A DNA stretch of 64,000 bases from NCBI GenBank assembly GCA_038251325.1, contig JBBSBL010000006.1:6337-70336 (forward strand), read 5' to 3'. Each line of letters begins with the position of its first letter. Position 1 is the stretch's first letter. Under the pieces are notes generated by a model, which was given only the letters and a program-made list of their open reading frames with translations, did not search any database and was not told where the DNA came from. The position numbers and the translations under genes were made by a program. Source of the DNA: Solirubrobacterales bacterium. Lineage in GTDB: Bacteria; Actinomycetota; Thermoleophilia; Solirubrobacterales; Solirubrobacteraceae. Positions 9,162 to 19,489 of this stretch are shown in pieces.

Positions 9162-10117
9162 TCATCACCGTCACCCTCAACTCGGCCATCGACAAGACGC
9201 TGGAGGTGCCGAACTTCCGCCCGGGCCGGCGTCACCGCTCGGTCGACGGCGCGACGATGCCGGGCGGCAAGGGCGTCAACGTCGCTCGGGCGCTCAAGGC
9301 GCTTGACCAGCCGGTGATCGCGACCGGGTTCGCCGGTGGGGCGACGGGGACCCGGATCGTCGAGGCGCTGACCGACGAGTCGATCCTTAACGACTTCGTC
9401 CGGATCCGGGAGGAGTCGCGCACGAACACCGCCGTGCTCGACCCGACGACGGGCGTCGTGACCGAGATCAACGAGCGCGGTCCGGCCGTCTCTCCGCAGG
9501 AGCTCGGCCTCTTCCGCGACAAGCTGCTCTACCTGGCGCGCGGCGCGAGCGTCTGCGTGTTCGCGGGCTCGCTGCCGCCGGGTGTCGGGGCCGACGAGTA
9601 CGCCGCGCTCGTCCGCGACGTCCGGCGCCTCGGAGTCACGACCGTCGTGGACACCGACGGCGAGCCGCTGCGCATGGCCGTCCGCGCCGAGCCCGCGGTG
9701 GTCTCGCCCAACGTGCTCGAGGCCGAGGAGCTCGTCGGCCACGAGTTCAACGATGATGAGGACCGCGTGATCGCCGTCGCAGAGATGGCCGAGCTCGGCG
9801 CGCGCGAGGCGATCATGACCGTTCCCGACGGCTGCTTCGCGCGGGTGATGGAGGACGGCGGCCCGCAGATGTACCGGGTGCGCGTGGACCCCCAGGAGGC
9901 CCGCTCGGCGGTGGGCTCCGGCGACGCGTTCCTCGCCGGGTACGTCGCCGCCCGCTACACGGAGGAGCCGCCGTCCGGGTGCCTGGCCTTCGGGGTGGCC
10001 TGCGGTGCCGAGTCGACCCAGCACTTCGGCGCCGGCGTGCTGGATCCCGGGCGGGCCGAACGCCTGCGCGGCGAGGTCGAGATCACGCCGCTGCCGCTCC
10101 CCGCGGCGGTCCCGTAG
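9158..10117 (+). CDS. pfkB: 1-phosphofructokinase / PfkB-family sugar kinase
   Basis: MIITVTLNSAIDKT.., GGKGVNVARAL and GSGDAFLAGY (PfkB signature 2). The ATG overlaps the upstream stop (ATGA). Confidence 0.8.
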   Translation: MIITVTLNSAIDKTLEVPNFRPGRRHRSVDGATMPGGKGVNVARALKALDQPVIATGFAGGATGTRIVEALTDESILNDFVRIREESRTNTAVLDPTTGVVTEINERGPAVSPQELGLFRDKLLYLARGASVCVFAGSLPPGVGADEYAALVRDVRRLGVTTVVDTDGEPLRMAVRAEPAVVSPNVLEAEELVGHEFNDDEDRVIAVAEMAELGAREAIMTVPDGCFARVMEDGGPQMYRVRVDPQEARSAVGSGDAFLAGYVAARYTEEPPSGCLAFGVACGAESTQHFGAGVLDPGRAERLRGEVEITPLPLPAAVP

Positions 10118-10265
10118 CGCAGCTCAGGGCGCCCCCGGCGGGCCGAGGGAGCCGCCGGGACGGGTGCTAGCATCGCCGCCACTCGATGGTTGCCGCCTCG
10201 ATAATGCCTCCGACCCCACGTCCGGCCCCTCGCCGGGCCCGGCCGGCGCGAGCGGGAGGCCTCCG

Positions 10266-11468
10266 ATGGAGGTAGAGATCGGTCGCGGGAAGAAGGCCCG
10301 GCGCGCCTACGGCTTCGACGACGTCGCCATCGTGCCCTCGCGCCGCACCCGCGACCCCGACGACGTCGACATCTCGTGGACGCTCGGCCCCTACCGCTTC
10401 GAGCTGCCGCTGCTCGCCTCGGCGCTGGACGGCGTCGTGTCCCCCGGAACCGCGGGGATCCTCGGGGGGCTGGGAGGGCTCGCCGTGCTCAACCTCGAGG
10501 GCATCTTCTGCCGCTACGAGGATCCCGAGGCGCAGCTCGAGCGCATCGCCGGGCTCCCGCGCGACGCCGCGACCCGGGAGATGCAGGCGATCTACCAGGA
10601 GCCGGTCCATCCCGAGCTGATCGCGCGGCGCATCCGCGAGATCAAGGACCAGGGCGTCGTCGTCGCCGCCTCGCTCACCCCCCAGCGGGTCCGCACGCAC
10701 TACGAGACGGCGCTCGAGGCCGGGCTCGACATCCTCGTCATCCAGGGCACCGTCGTCTCCGCGGAGCACGTCTCCTCCGACGAGAGCCGCCCGCCGCTGA
10801 ACCTCAAGGAGTTCATCGCCGACCTGCCGATCCCGGTGGTGGTCGGCGGCTGCGCCTCCTACCACACGGGCCTCCACCTCATGCGCACCGGCGCGGCGGG
10901 CGTGCTGGTCGGAGTCGGCCCGGGCGCGATCTGCACGACGCGCGGCGTGCTCGGCATCGGGGTGCCCCAGGCCACGGCGATCGCCGACGTCGCCGCCGCC
11001 CGCTCCCAGCACATGCTCGAGACGGGCGACTACGTGAAGGTCATCGCCGACGGGGGCATGAAGAACGGCGGCGACCTGGCCAAGGCGATCGCCTGCGGGG
11101 CGGACGCCGTGATGATCGGCTCGCCCCTCGCCCGCGCCCACGAGGCGCCGGGTCGCGGCTACAACTGGGGCATGGCGACGTTCCATCCCACACTGCCGCG
11201 CGGGACCCGCGTCGCCACCGTGCAGAACGGGTCGCTGGCGGAGATCGTCACCGGCCCCGCGCGGGAGAACGACGGCACCTTCAACCTCATGGGCGCGCTG
11301 CGGACCTCGATGGCGACGTGCGGCTACCGGGACATCGCGGAGTTCAACCGCGCGGAGCTCATGGTGGCCCCGTCCCTGCAGACCGAGGGCAAGTACCTCC
11401 AGCGCGAGCAGCAGGTGGGGATGGGTTCCAACGGGAAGGCCGCCGCGCTTGTCGGCGCCGCCGACTGA
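10266..11468 (+). CDS. guaB3: GuaB3-type IMP dehydrogenase-related protein (no CBS insert)
   Basis: GGGAGG SD followed by ATG at 10266. [28 protein letters not shown].. and [24 protein letters not shown]. The upstream part of the 10005 ORF overlaps pfkB and was rejected. Confidence 0.85.
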   Translation: MEVEIGRGKKARRAYGFDDVAIVPSRRTRDPDDVDISWTLGPYRFELPLLASALDGVVSPGTAGILGGLGGLAVLNLEGIFCRYEDPEAQLERIAGLPRDAATREMQAIYQEPVHPELIARRIREIKDQGVVVAASLTPQRVRTHYETALEAGLDILVIQGTVVSAEHVSSDESRPPLNLKEFIADLPIPVVVGGCASYHTGLHLMRTGAAGVLVGVGPGAICTTRGVLGIGVPQATAIADVAAARSQHMLETGDYVKVIADGGMKNGGDLAKAIACGADAVMIGSPLARAHEAPGRGYNWGMATFHPTLPRGTRVATVQNGSLAEIVTGPARENDGTFNLMGALRTSMATCGYRDIAEFNRAELMVAPSLQTEGKYLQREQQVGMGSNGKAAALVGAAD

Positions 11469-13083
11469 GCCGCTGACCGCGTCCACCGCGGCGCCCGCCG
11501 CCACGGACGAGTCCGGCCCGGTCGCGTCGCCCCCGGCCGTCGACGAGGTCGTCGTCCTCGACTACGGAGGGCAGTACTCCCAGCTGATCGCCCGCCGCGT
11601 GCGCGAGTGCGGGGTCTTCTCCGAGCTGCTGCCCCACCACACGGGGGCCGCGGAGGTCGCGCGACGCCGGCCCAAGGGGCTGATCCTCTCCGGTGGCCCC
11701 GCGTCGGTCTACGCCGACGGGGCCCCGGCGCTCGAGCCCGAGCTGCTGGAGCTCGGGATTCCGGTGCTCGGCATCTGCTACGGCATGCAGCTCGTCGTCA
11801 AGGCGCTCGGCGGGGACGTCCGCGGCGCCGAGGTCGGCGAGTTCGGCCGCTCGACGCTCACCGTCGGCGAGCCCGGCCGGCTGCTCGCCGGGCTGCCGCG
11901 CGAGCAGACCTGCTGGATGTCCCACCGCGACACGGTGTTCGCCCCGCCGCCCGGCTTCAGCGCGCTCGCCGCCTCCGCCTCCTCGCCGGTCGCGGCGCTG
12001 GAGTCCGTCGAGCGCGGGATCTACGGCATCCAGTTCCACCCCGAGGTCGTCCACACGCCCTACGGCCAGGACATCCTCACCCGCTTCCTCACCGAGGTCT
12101 GCGGCTGCGAGCCGACGTGGAGCGCGGGCTCGATCGTCGAGGACCAGATCGCGCGGATCCGCGCCCAGGTCGGCGACGGTCGCGTCATCTGCGGGCTCTC
12201 GGGCGGCGTCGACTCCTCCGTCGCCGCGCTGCTCGTCCATCGGGCCGTCGGGGATCAGCTGACCTGCGTGTTCGTCGACCACGGCCTCATGCGCAAGAAC
12301 GAGGGCGACCAGGTGATCGCCGCGTTCCGCGACCACTTCAAGGTCCCGCTCGTCGCCGTCGACGCCGAGGAGCGCTTCCTCGCCCGGCTCGCCGGCGTCA
12401 CCGATCCCGAGGCCAAGCGCAAGGCGATCGGGGCGGAGTTCATCCGCGTCTTCGAGGAGGAGGCCGCGCGCCTGGCGCAGGGCGGGGAGGGCGCGCGCTA
12501 CCTCGTCCAGGGGACGCTCTACTCCGACGTCATCGAGTCCGGCGGCGGCACCGGCGCGGCGACGATCAAGTCCCACCACAACGTCGGCGGTCTCCCCGAG
12601 GATCTCGGCTTCGAGCTCGTCGAGCCCCTCCGGGCCCTGTTCAAGGACGAGGTCCGCGCGGTCGGCGCCGAGCTCGGCCTCCCCGAGCGCCTCGTCTGGC
12701 GCCAGCCCTTCCCCGGGCCGGGGCTGGCGATCCGCATCGTCGGCGGCGAGGCGACCCGCGAGCGGCTCGAGACGCTGCGCGAGGCCGACGCGATCCTCCA
12801 GGACGAGATCCGCGGCGCCGGGCTCTACCGCGAGCTCTGGCAGTCCTTCTGCGTGCTCCCGGACGTGCGGACCGTCGGGGTGCAGGGCGACGAGCGCACC
12901 TACGGCCACGTCGTCGTCATCCGGGCGGTGACCAGCGACGACGCGATGACCGCCGATTGGGCGCGGTTGCCCTACGACCTGCTCGAGCAGATCGCCTCGC
13001 GGATGATCAACGAGATCCGCGAGGTCAACCGGGTGGTGCTGGACATCACCTCAAAGCCCCCCGGCACCATCGAATGGGAATAG
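11449..13083 (+). CDS. guaA: GMP synthase (glutamine-hydrolysing)
   Basis: GATase ([26 protein letters not shown]), ATP-PPase P-loop (LSGGVDSSV) and a C-terminal dimerisation domain ending PPGTIEWE. The only in-frame start is TTG at 11449, so the start is uncertain. Confidence 0.9.
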   Translation: MSAPPTEPLTASTAAPAATDESGPVASPPAVDEVVVLDYGGQYSQLIARRVRECGVFSELLPHHTGAAEVARRRPKGLILSGGPASVYADGAPALEPELLELGIPVLGICYGMQLVVKALGGDVRGAEVGEFGRSTLTVGEPGRLLAGLPREQTCWMSHRDTVFAPPPGFSALAASASSPVAALESVERGIYGIQFHPEVVHTPYGQDILTRFLTEVCGCEPTWSAGSIVEDQIARIRAQVGDGRVICGLSGGVDSSVAALLVHRAVGDQLTCVFVDHGLMRKNEGDQVIAAFRDHFKVPLVAVDAEERFLARLAGVTDPEAKRKAIGAEFIRVFEEEAARLAQGGEGARYLVQGTLYSDVIESGGGTGAATIKSHHNVGGLPEDLGFELVEPLRALFKDEVRAVGAELGLPERLVWRQPFPGPGLAIRIVGGEATRERLETLREADAILQDEIRGAGLYRELWQSFCVLPDVRTVGVQGDERTYGHVVVIRAVTSDDAMTADWARLPYDLLEQIASRMINEIREVNRVVLDITSKPPGTIEWE

Positions 13084-13115
13084 GAACGCCCGGGCCGAAG
13101 CCCGGCGGCGTCCTC

Positions 13116-13149
13116 GGGGGAGGGCCGTGCGCTGCACTGTCCCTCCCCC
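13116..13149. terminator. GC-rich hairpin between convergent guaA and the M23 peptidase gene
   Basis: GGGGGAGGG (13116-13124) pairs perfectly with CCCTCCCCC (13141-13149). The loop holds an inner GTGC/GCAC helix. There is no clear U-tract. Confidence 0.3.
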
Positions 13150-13214
13150 TGCGTCCTGGCCAGGCTTGACCCGGCCGTCCCTATTGGCGTGGCCGGCGGC
13201 CGGGGGGATTGTCC

Positions 13215-14399
13215 TCAGCTCACGCGGTCCCAGGCCCGGAGCGCGGGCAGCGGGTCGATCGGGGAGCCGCCCTGGTACCAGCCCGGCGCGGTCCAGATCT
13301 CGAAGTGGAGGTGGCAGCCGACCGCGTCGCCGGTGTCCCCGACGTAGCCGATCGTCTGGCCGGTGTACACGCGGTCGCCCTTGCCGACCAGCGCCCGCGA
13401 GCGCAGGTGGGCGTACATGAAGTCGCGCGTCGTGCCCGCCCCGTCGATCACGAGGTAGTTGCCGGCGGCGCCCTGGTGCCCGGCGTACTGGACGCGGCCG
13501 CCGCGCGCGGCGACGAGGCGGGTGCCGCAGGCGGCGAAGGTGTCCTGGCCCTGATGGCTGTGGCCGGAGCGGCCCGCGCCGAAGCGCCCGGCCGAGAGTC
13601 CGAAGGCGTGCGCACCCCGAATCGGGAAGACGTAGGGGAGGAAGGTGAACGAGCCGGCCGTCGCCTGACCCTGCGTCCCGAGGGCCTCGGCGCTCGTGCG
13701 GACGCCCCGGGCCTGGGCGCCGATCGTGACGCGGAACTGGTAGCGCCCCGCGGGCTGCACGCGGCCGTGGAGCGTCCCGCCCCAGCGGACGGTCTGCGGG
13801 GTGCCCGGATCGACGTCGTACGCCGTCCAGGCGGCGACGCCCTGCCCGTCGGAGAGCCGGACGAGGTCGACCCGGACGTCCTGGGGCCCGGCGGTCTGCA
13901 GCACGTAGGTGAGCCCTGCCCGGCGGCGGCCGTAGAAGGTGACGTGGCCGGCCTCGAGCTCGGCCCGCACCCCGGAGCGGCTGGTGAGCGGAGTGCTGCG
14001 GTCGATGACGATCGTCGCGCGGCTCGCGGGGGAGGGGACGCCGGCGGCGTCCGTGACCCGCACCGGGCCCGTTCGGGCGCCGGCGGGCACGCGGACCTTC
14101 GCCGTCCCGGCCGTGGCCCTGGCCCGGGCGCCGGCGTCGTCCGCGCTGCCACGGGCGCCGAGGAAGACCACTGCGACGCGTCCCTCGAGGTGTCGCCCGG
14201 CGACCCGGACCGTGCCACCGGGGCGGACGGCCGTGGCGGCGGTGCAGCGGGTCGCGCAGCGCACCGAGTCGGCCGTGGGGCGTGGAGCGGCGAATGCCCC
14301 GCCGTCATCGGCGGCGGCGGGCAGCGCGAAGCCGGCGCCCAGCGCGCTGATCGTGATCGTGGCTGCCGCGCAGCGGCGCGCGACGGTTTCCGCTCGCAT
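13215..14399 (-). CDS. Secreted M23-family (LytM-type) metallopeptidase
   Basis: Signal peptide (..[14 protein letters not shown]). The C-terminal M23 domain has HxxxD (HSHQGQD) and HxH (CHLHFEIW). An AAGGGAGG SD precedes the ATG. Confidence 0.85.
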   Translation of the reverse strand: MRAETVARRCAAATITISALGAGFALPAAADDGGAFAAPRPTADSVRCATRCTAATAVRPGGTVRVAGRHLEGRVAVVFLGARGSADDAGARARATAGTAKVRVPAGARTGPVRVTDAAGVPSPASRATIVIDRSTPLTSRSGVRAELEAGHVTFYGRRRAGLTYVLQTAGPQDVRVDLVRLSDGQGVAAWTAYDVDPGTPQTVRWGGTLHGRVQPAGRYQFRVTIGAQARGVRTSAEALGTQGQATAGSFTFLPYVFPIRGAHAFGLSAGRFGAGRSGHSHQGQDTFAACGTRLVAARGGRVQYAGHQGAAGNYLVIDGAGTTRDFMYAHLRSRALVGKGDRVYTGQTIGYVGDTGDAVGCHLHFEIWTAPGWYQGGSPIDPLPALRAWDRVS

Positions 14400-14419
14400 C
14401 GAGGTCGATGCCTCCCTTT

Positions 14420-14585
14420 TCTCGTGCCTGCGGGGTTAGCTGTCGGGCTCGCGCGAAGGGACCGCGCTACCGGGCGCCAGTGCCCGGATTCGCCCCTCGG
14501 TCGCCACAGCGGCGACCAGTGGGTTCCCCGCTCCTTCGTGCCCGGCGGCGGGGACGAAGGACTCGGCTGGCGTTCAATGCTTCTG
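14420..14585 (-). promoter_or_regulatory. ydaO/yuaA-type cyclic-di-AMP riboswitch in the leader of the M23 peptidase gene
   Basis: The minus-strand RNA contains GAACGCCAGCCGAGUCC .. GAGCGGGGAACCCACUGG .. GAGGGGCGAAUCCGGG .. GAGCCCGACAGCUAACCCCGCAGGC. These match the conserved ydaO blocks. Boundaries are approximate. Confidence 0.8.
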
Positions 14586-14669
14586 TCCTCAACATACACA
14601 GCGGGCGGGACCGGGTTGCGCCGCCCGGGCGGATGTGGGCACCTCCGGTGTCCGGTCGTCGACGGCTGA

Positions 14670-14698
14670 TTCCACGCTCGCCGGCGTTTCCCTATCAT
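14670..14698 (+). promoter_or_regulatory. Candidate sigma-70-type promoter for rplM-rpsI
   Basis: TTCCAC (14670-14675), a 17-nt spacer, then TATCAT (14693-14698), about 43 nt upstream of the rplM ATG. Pattern match only. Confidence 0.3.
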
Positions 14699-14707
14699 GG
14701 GTCGCTC

Positions 14708-14731
14708 CGCCGCGCCCCGACCGGCGCGGCG
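14708..14731 (+). promoter_or_regulatory. 5'-UTR hairpin immediately upstream of rplM
   Basis: CGCCGCGCC (14708-14716) pairs perfectly with GGCGCGGCG (14723-14731) across a 6-nt loop. It ends 9 nt before the ATG. Confidence 0.3.
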
Positions 14732-14740
14732 TCCTGCGTC

Positions 14741-15175
14741 ATGAAGACCTACGTCGCCAATCCGGAGACCCGCGATCGCCGCTGGTACGTCGTCGACGCC
14801 GAGGGCCAGACCCTCGGCCGGCTGGCCACCCGGCTCGCGGACACCCTGCGTGGGAAGCTCAAGCCCGACTACACGCCGCATGTCGACACCGGCGACTTCG
14901 TGATCGTCGTCAACGCCGAGAAGATCGCGGTGACCGGCAACAAGCGGGCCGACAAGCGCTACTACCGGCACTCGGGCTACCCGGGCGGCCTGCGCTCACG
15001 CACGCTGGAGGAGATGCTCCAGCGCCGTCCCGAGGAGGTCATCCGGCGCGCGGTGAAGGGGATGCTCCCGCGCAACCGTCTGGCCCGCCGCCAGATCACC
15101 AAGCTTAAGGTCTACGCGGGCCCCGAGCATCCCCACGCCGCCCAGCAGCCCGAGCCCCTGGAGCTTTCCTCGTGA
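14741..15175 (+). CDS. rplM: 50S ribosomal protein L13
   Basis: [54 protein letters not shown] is canonical L13. Confidence 0.95.
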   Translation: MKTYVANPETRDRRWYVVDAEGQTLGRLATRLADTLRGKLKPDYTPHVDTGDFVIVVNAEKIAVTGNKRADKRYYRHSGYPGGLRSRTLEEMLQRRPEEVIRRAVKGMLPRNRLARRQITKLKVYAGPEHPHAAQQPEPLELSS

Positions 15176-16044
15176 CCGAGCAGCCGCCGACCGACGAGCC
15201 GCAGGAGCCGGAGGCGCCCGCGGCGGAGCCGCCCAAAGACGAGCCGGCGGCCCCGGAGGCCGAGGCGACGCCGGAGCCCGAGACCGCCCCCGAGCCGACG
15301 CCGGACACCGAGCCGGAGGCCGAGTCCACTCCCGGGCCGGCGCCCGACGCCGAGCCCACCCCTGAGCCGGCGGCGGAGACGACGTCCCCGCCGGATGCCG
15401 AGGCCGCTCCCGCCGCCGAGGCTCCGCCGGCGGACGCCGAGCCCGAGGCCGCCGCGCCGCGCGAGAAGCCGGCCATCCCGGGCGCCGACCTCGAACCCGA
15501 CATCGTCCCCGAAGGCCAGGACGCGCTCGGGGCCGAAGGCGCGGAGGGCGTCGCCGATGCGGTCGACGCCGATCCCGAGGCGGCCACCCCGATCGACGGC
15601 GAGGAGCCGGCGCCCGACGAGCAGCCGATCGCCGGCGCCACGATCGACCTCGCCAAGGGCGCGGCCTACAAGGCGACCGGCAAGCGCAAGAGCGCCGTCG
15701 CGCGCGTGGTGCTCACGCCCGGGTCGGGCACCTACACGATCAACGGGCGCACGCTCGACGCGTTCTTCCCGCGGATCACGTTGCGCCGCGTCATCAGCCA
15801 GCCGCTGGAGACCGTCGGCTACGAGACCCGCATGGACGTGACCGCCCGCATCCACGGCGGCGGCGTCTCCTCGCAGTCGGGCGCGCTGCGGCACGGGATC
15901 GCGCGGGCGCTGCTCGAGGCCGACCCCAACCTCCGCGGCGAGCTCAAGCGCCGCGGGTTCCTCACGCGCGACCCGCGCCGCAAGGAACGCAAGAAGGCCG
16001 GCCTGAAGAAGGCCCGCAAGCGGCCGCAGTTCTCCAAGCGATAG
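15172..16044 (+). CDS. rpsI: 30S ribosomal protein S9 with a long acidic Pro/Glu/Ala-rich N-terminal extension
   Basis: The C-terminal ~130 aa are canonical S9 ([14 protein letters not shown].. to ..[12 protein letters not shown]). GTG at 15172 overlaps the rplM TGA. I see no in-frame ATG/GTG/TTG between 15172 and the S9 core. Confidence 0.9.
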   Translation: MTEQPPTDEPQEPEAPAAEPPKDEPAAPEAEATPEPETAPEPTPDTEPEAESTPGPAPDAEPTPEPAAETTSPPDAEAAPAAEAPPADAEPEAAAPREKPAIPGADLEPDIVPEGQDALGAEGAEGVADAVDADPEAATPIDGEEPAPDEQPIAGATIDLAKGAAYKATGKRKSAVARVVLTPGSGTYTINGRTLDAFFPRITLRRVISQPLETVGYETRMDVTARIHGGGVSSQSGALRHGIARALLEADPNLRGELKRRGFLTRDPRRKERKKAGLKKARKRPQFSKR

Positions 16045-16069
16045 CGCTCCGGCGCCCGCGGCGGCCCAC

Positions 16070-17404
16070 ATGACCCGCAGGCTGTTCGGCACGGACGGCG
16101 TCCGCGGCCCCGTCGGCGAGACGCTCACGCCGGACCTCGTCCTCGCGCTCGTCCGCGCGGCGGTTGGAGCCCTGGAGGCCGCCACGCCGCAGGTCCTGGT
16201 GATCCGGGACACCCGGGAGTCGGGCCCGATGCTCGAGGCGGCGCTCGCCGCGGGGATCGCCGAGGCCGGCGGCCACGCCCTGCTGGCCGGCGTGCTCCCG
16301 ACTCCGGCCGCGCCGCTGCTCATCGCGCGTCACGGGCTCGACCTCGGCGCGGTCATCTCCGCCTCCCACAACCCGTTCGCCGACAACGGCGTGAAGTTCT
16401 TCGGCGCCGACGGCGACAAGCTCACCGACGCCGCGGAGGGGGCGATCGAAGCGCGGCTCGACGGGGCGCCCGGACAGCCGACGCGCCCGGTCGGGCGCGT
16501 GCGCGCGATGCACGGAACGCTCGAGGACTACCTGCGCGCGCTCCACGAGCGCTTCGCGGCGCTCGATCTCAGCGGCCGTCGCGTCCTGCTCGACTGCGCG
16601 AACGGGGCCACATTCGAGGCGGCGCCCGAGATCTTCCGGCGCCTGGGCGCCACCGTGGACGTGATGGCCGACACGCCGGACGGCCGCAACATCAACGCCG
16701 CCTGCGGCTCCACGCACGTCGAGGCGCTGGCCGCCGCCACCGCGGCGGGCGGCCACGACGCCGGCTTCGCGTTCGACGGCGACGGGGACCGCGTGCTGGC
16801 CGCCGACCGGACCGGCGCGGTGGCCGACGGCGACGAGATCCTGGCGCTCGCCGCGCTCCACCTGCGCGCGGCCGGCCGGCTCCCGGGCGACGGCGTCGTG
16901 GTCACGGTGATGGCGAACTTCGGGTTCCACGCCGCCATGCGCGCAGCGGGGATCGCGGTGGCCACGACCCCCGTCGGCGACCGCTACGTGCTCGAGGCGC
17001 TGCGCGAGCGCGGCTGGGCGTTCGGCGGCGAGCAGTCCGGGCACGTGATCGACCTGGGGTTCGCGCCCTCGGGCGACGGCATCGCCACCGCGCTGCTCAC
17101 GCTCGAGGCCCTCGGCGGGCGCGACCTCGCGGAGCGCGACGCGATGGAGAAGCTGCCCCAGCGCCTGGTCGGCGTCCGCGTGCGCGACCGCAAGGCGTTC
17201 GCCGGCGCCGAGGAGGTCCACGCCGCGATCGACCGCGAGGCCGAGGCGCTCGAGGGCCGCGGGCGCGTCCTCGTCCGCCCCAGCGGCACCGAGCCGCTCA
17301 TCCGGGTCATGGTCGAGGCGCCCTCCGACGCGGAGGCGGAGGACGTCTGCCGGCGCCTGGCCGCGCTTGTCGAAGCGTCGCTCGGCGCCGCGACCGCGCG
17401 CTGA
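16070..17404 (+). CDS. glmM: Phosphoglucosamine mutase
   Basis: LFGTDGVRG, the active-site SASHNPFADNGVKFF, and GDGDR. Confidence 0.95.
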   Translation: MTRRLFGTDGVRGPVGETLTPDLVLALVRAAVGALEAATPQVLVIRDTRESGPMLEAALAAGIAEAGGHALLAGVLPTPAAPLLIARHGLDLGAVISASHNPFADNGVKFFGADGDKLTDAAEGAIEARLDGAPGQPTRPVGRVRAMHGTLEDYLRALHERFAALDLSGRRVLLDCANGATFEAAPEIFRRLGATVDVMADTPDGRNINAACGSTHVEALAAATAAGGHDAGFAFDGDGDRVLAADRTGAVADGDEILALAALHLRAAGRLPGDGVVVTVMANFGFHAAMRAAGIAVATTPVGDRYVLEALRERGWAFGGEQSGHVIDLGFAPSGDGIATALLTLEALGGRDLAERDAMEKLPQRLVGVRVRDRKAFAGAEEVHAAIDREAEALEGRGRVLVRPSGTEPLIRVMVEAPSDAEAEDVCRRLAALVEASLGAATAR

Positions 17405-17531
17405 CCGCCCTGACCGGGTCAATACCGGCGGAGCGACCGGCCGCCGCTACACTCGGTCGCACCCGCCTCGGCGGGACGGGCGCCGCCTCGGACGCGGCGT
17501 CCGATGCGTTTTGAGAACGGAGGTTTCGCCC

Positions 17532-19409
17532 ATGTGCGGCATCGTCGGCTATGTCGGCGCCCGGCCCGTTCGCGACCTGGTGCTCGCGGGCCTCGAGAAG
17601 CTGGAGTACCGCGGCTACGACTCCGCCGGCATCTCCGTGCTCGACCACGGCGAGATCCGCTCGGTGCGTGCGGTCGGGAACCTCTCCGCGCTCCACGCCG
17701 CGATCGAGGCGCAGACCCGGGCGACCGCCGGCTCCGGCGCCGGCGCGGTGGCCGTGGCCGAGCGGGAGACGGGAACCGGCATCGGCCACACACGCTGGGC
17801 CACGCACGGCAAGGTGACCGAGGAGAACGCCCACCCGCACACCGACACGGCCGACCGCATCCACATCGTGGTCAACGGCATCGTCGAGAACTTCGTCGCG
17901 CTCAGGCGCGACCTCCAGGCCGACGGCGCCGTCTTCACCTCGGAGACCGACGCCGAGGTCATCGCGCACCTCGTCTCCGGCCACGACGACGGCGACCTCC
18001 TCGCCGCGGTCCGCGCCGCCTACGCCCGGCTCGAGGGCCACTTCGCCTTCGTCGCGATGTCAGCCGCGGAGCCGGGCCTGCTCGTCGGCGCCCGCCGGGA
18101 GTGCCCGCTCGTCGTCGGCCGCGGCGAGGGCGAGGCGTTCTTCGCCTCCGCGGTCCCCGCGTTCCTCGCCGAGACGCGGCACGTCCAGTACATCGAGAAC
18201 GGGGAGATCGTCGCCATCCGGCCCGACGGCGCCGAGTTCACCGCCGCCGACGGCACCCCGGTGACCCGCCCGGTCGTCGAGGTCGACTGGGACGCCGAGA
18301 CCGCCGAGAAGGGGGGCTACGACACCTTCATGCTCAAGGAGATCCACGAGCAGGCGGACGCGGTGGCGGAGACCGTCGCCGATCGCACGGCGCGCGGGAC
18401 CGGGGTCGACCTCGGGGACCTCGGCTCGATCGACGACGAGCGGCTGCGGACGATCCGGCGCATCATCGTCGTCGCCTGTGGCACCTCCTACCACGCCGGC
18501 CTGATCGGGCGCTACGCGATCGAGGAGTGGGCGCGCGTGCCGGTCGAGATGGACCTCGCCTCGGAGTACCGCTACCGCAACCCGGTCGTCGGCGCCGACG
18601 ACCTCGTGATCGGGATCTCCCAGTCCGGGGAGACGCGCGACACCCTCGCCGCGATGAAGCTCGCGCGCGACCGCGGGGCCACCGTGCTCGCGCTGACGAA
18701 CGTCATGGGCTCCCAGGCCGAGCGCGAGTCCGACGGGGTGCTCTACACGCGCGCCGGGCTGGAGATCGGAGTCGCCGCCACGAAGACCTTCACGAGCCAG
18801 GTGGCGGCCATGTACCTGCTCGCCCTCCGCCTCGCGGAGCTGCGCGGCACGCTCGAGCCCGACGCGCTCGCGGCGCTGGTGGCCGAGACCAAGCACCTGC
18901 CTCACCACGTCGAGACGGTGATCGCCACCACCGAGGCTCCGGTGCGCTCGATCGACGAGCGCTTCCACGACGCCGACTTCTTCCTCTACCTCGGGCGCCA
19001 CGTCGGGCTCCCGGTCGCGCTGGAGGGCGCCCTGAAGCTCAAGGAGATCTCCTACATCGCCTGCGACGCCTACGCCGCCGGCGAGATGAAGCACGGGCCG
19101 ATCGCGCTGCTCGACGACCGCACCCCCGTGGTCTGCGTCGCCACGGACTCCCCGGTGCTGGAGAAGGTCGCCTCCAACATGCAGGAGGTCCGGGCCCGCG
19201 GCGCCCACGTCATCGCGATCGTCTCGGCGGGCGACGACGCGATCGGCGAGCACGCCGAAGAGGTCGTCGAGGTGCCGCGCACCCACTGGATGCTCACGCC
19301 GATCCTCGCCGTGATCCCGCTGCAGCTGCTCGCCTACCACGTCGCCCGCCTGCGCGGCCTCAACGTCGACCAGCCGCGCAACCTCGCAAAGACCGTCACG
19401 GTCGAGTAG
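17532..19409 (+). CDS. glmS: Glutamine--fructose-6-phosphate aminotransferase
   Basis: ATG at 17532 gives MCGIVGY (N-terminal nucleophile Cys). Two SIS domains follow, and the C-terminus ends ..NLAKTVTVE. Confidence 0.95.
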   Translation: MCGIVGYVGARPVRDLVLAGLEKLEYRGYDSAGISVLDHGEIRSVRAVGNLSALHAAIEAQTRATAGSGAGAVAVAERETGTGIGHTRWATHGKVTEENAHPHTDTADRIHIVVNGIVENFVALRRDLQADGAVFTSETDAEVIAHLVSGHDDGDLLAAVRAAYARLEGHFAFVAMSAAEPGLLVGARRECPLVVGRGEGEAFFASAVPAFLAETRHVQYIENGEIVAIRPDGAEFTAADGTPVTRPVVEVDWDAETAEKGGYDTFMLKEIHEQADAVAETVADRTARGTGVDLGDLGSIDDERLRTIRRIIVVACGTSYHAGLIGRYAIEEWARVPVEMDLASEYRYRNPVVGADDLVIGISQSGETRDTLAAMKLARDRGATVLALTNVMGSQAERESDGVLYTRAGLEIGVAATKTFTSQVAAMYLLALRLAELRGTLEPDALAALVAETKHLPHHVETVIATTEAPVRSIDERFHDADFFLYLGRHVGLPVALEGALKLKEISYIACDAYAAGEMKHGPIALLDDRTPVVCVATDSPVLEKVASNMQEVRARGAHVIAIVSAGDDAIGEHAEEVVEVPRTHWMLTPILAVIPLQLLAYHVARLRGLNVDQPRNLAKTVTVE

Positions 19410-19489
19410 GACTCCCGCGCCGGGGAGATGGCTGATTCCCCGACCTCGCGCACACGCGGCCGCGGAACCAACCATCTAGCATCGGCCGG

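Noticed and set aside
10005-10265. Upstream extension of the guaB3 ORF (487-aa version).
   Set aside because: The extension overlaps the 3' end of pfkB and is low-complexity. A GGGAGG SD followed by ATG at 10266 gives the canonical [11 protein letters not shown].. N-terminus.
17405-17531. Possible glmS ribozyme upstream of glmS.
   Set aside because: The gap is only 127 nt, and I could not find the conserved glmS ribozyme core segments or its typical length. It is probably an ordinary leader with a GGAGG SD. A cmsearch with RF00234 would settle it.
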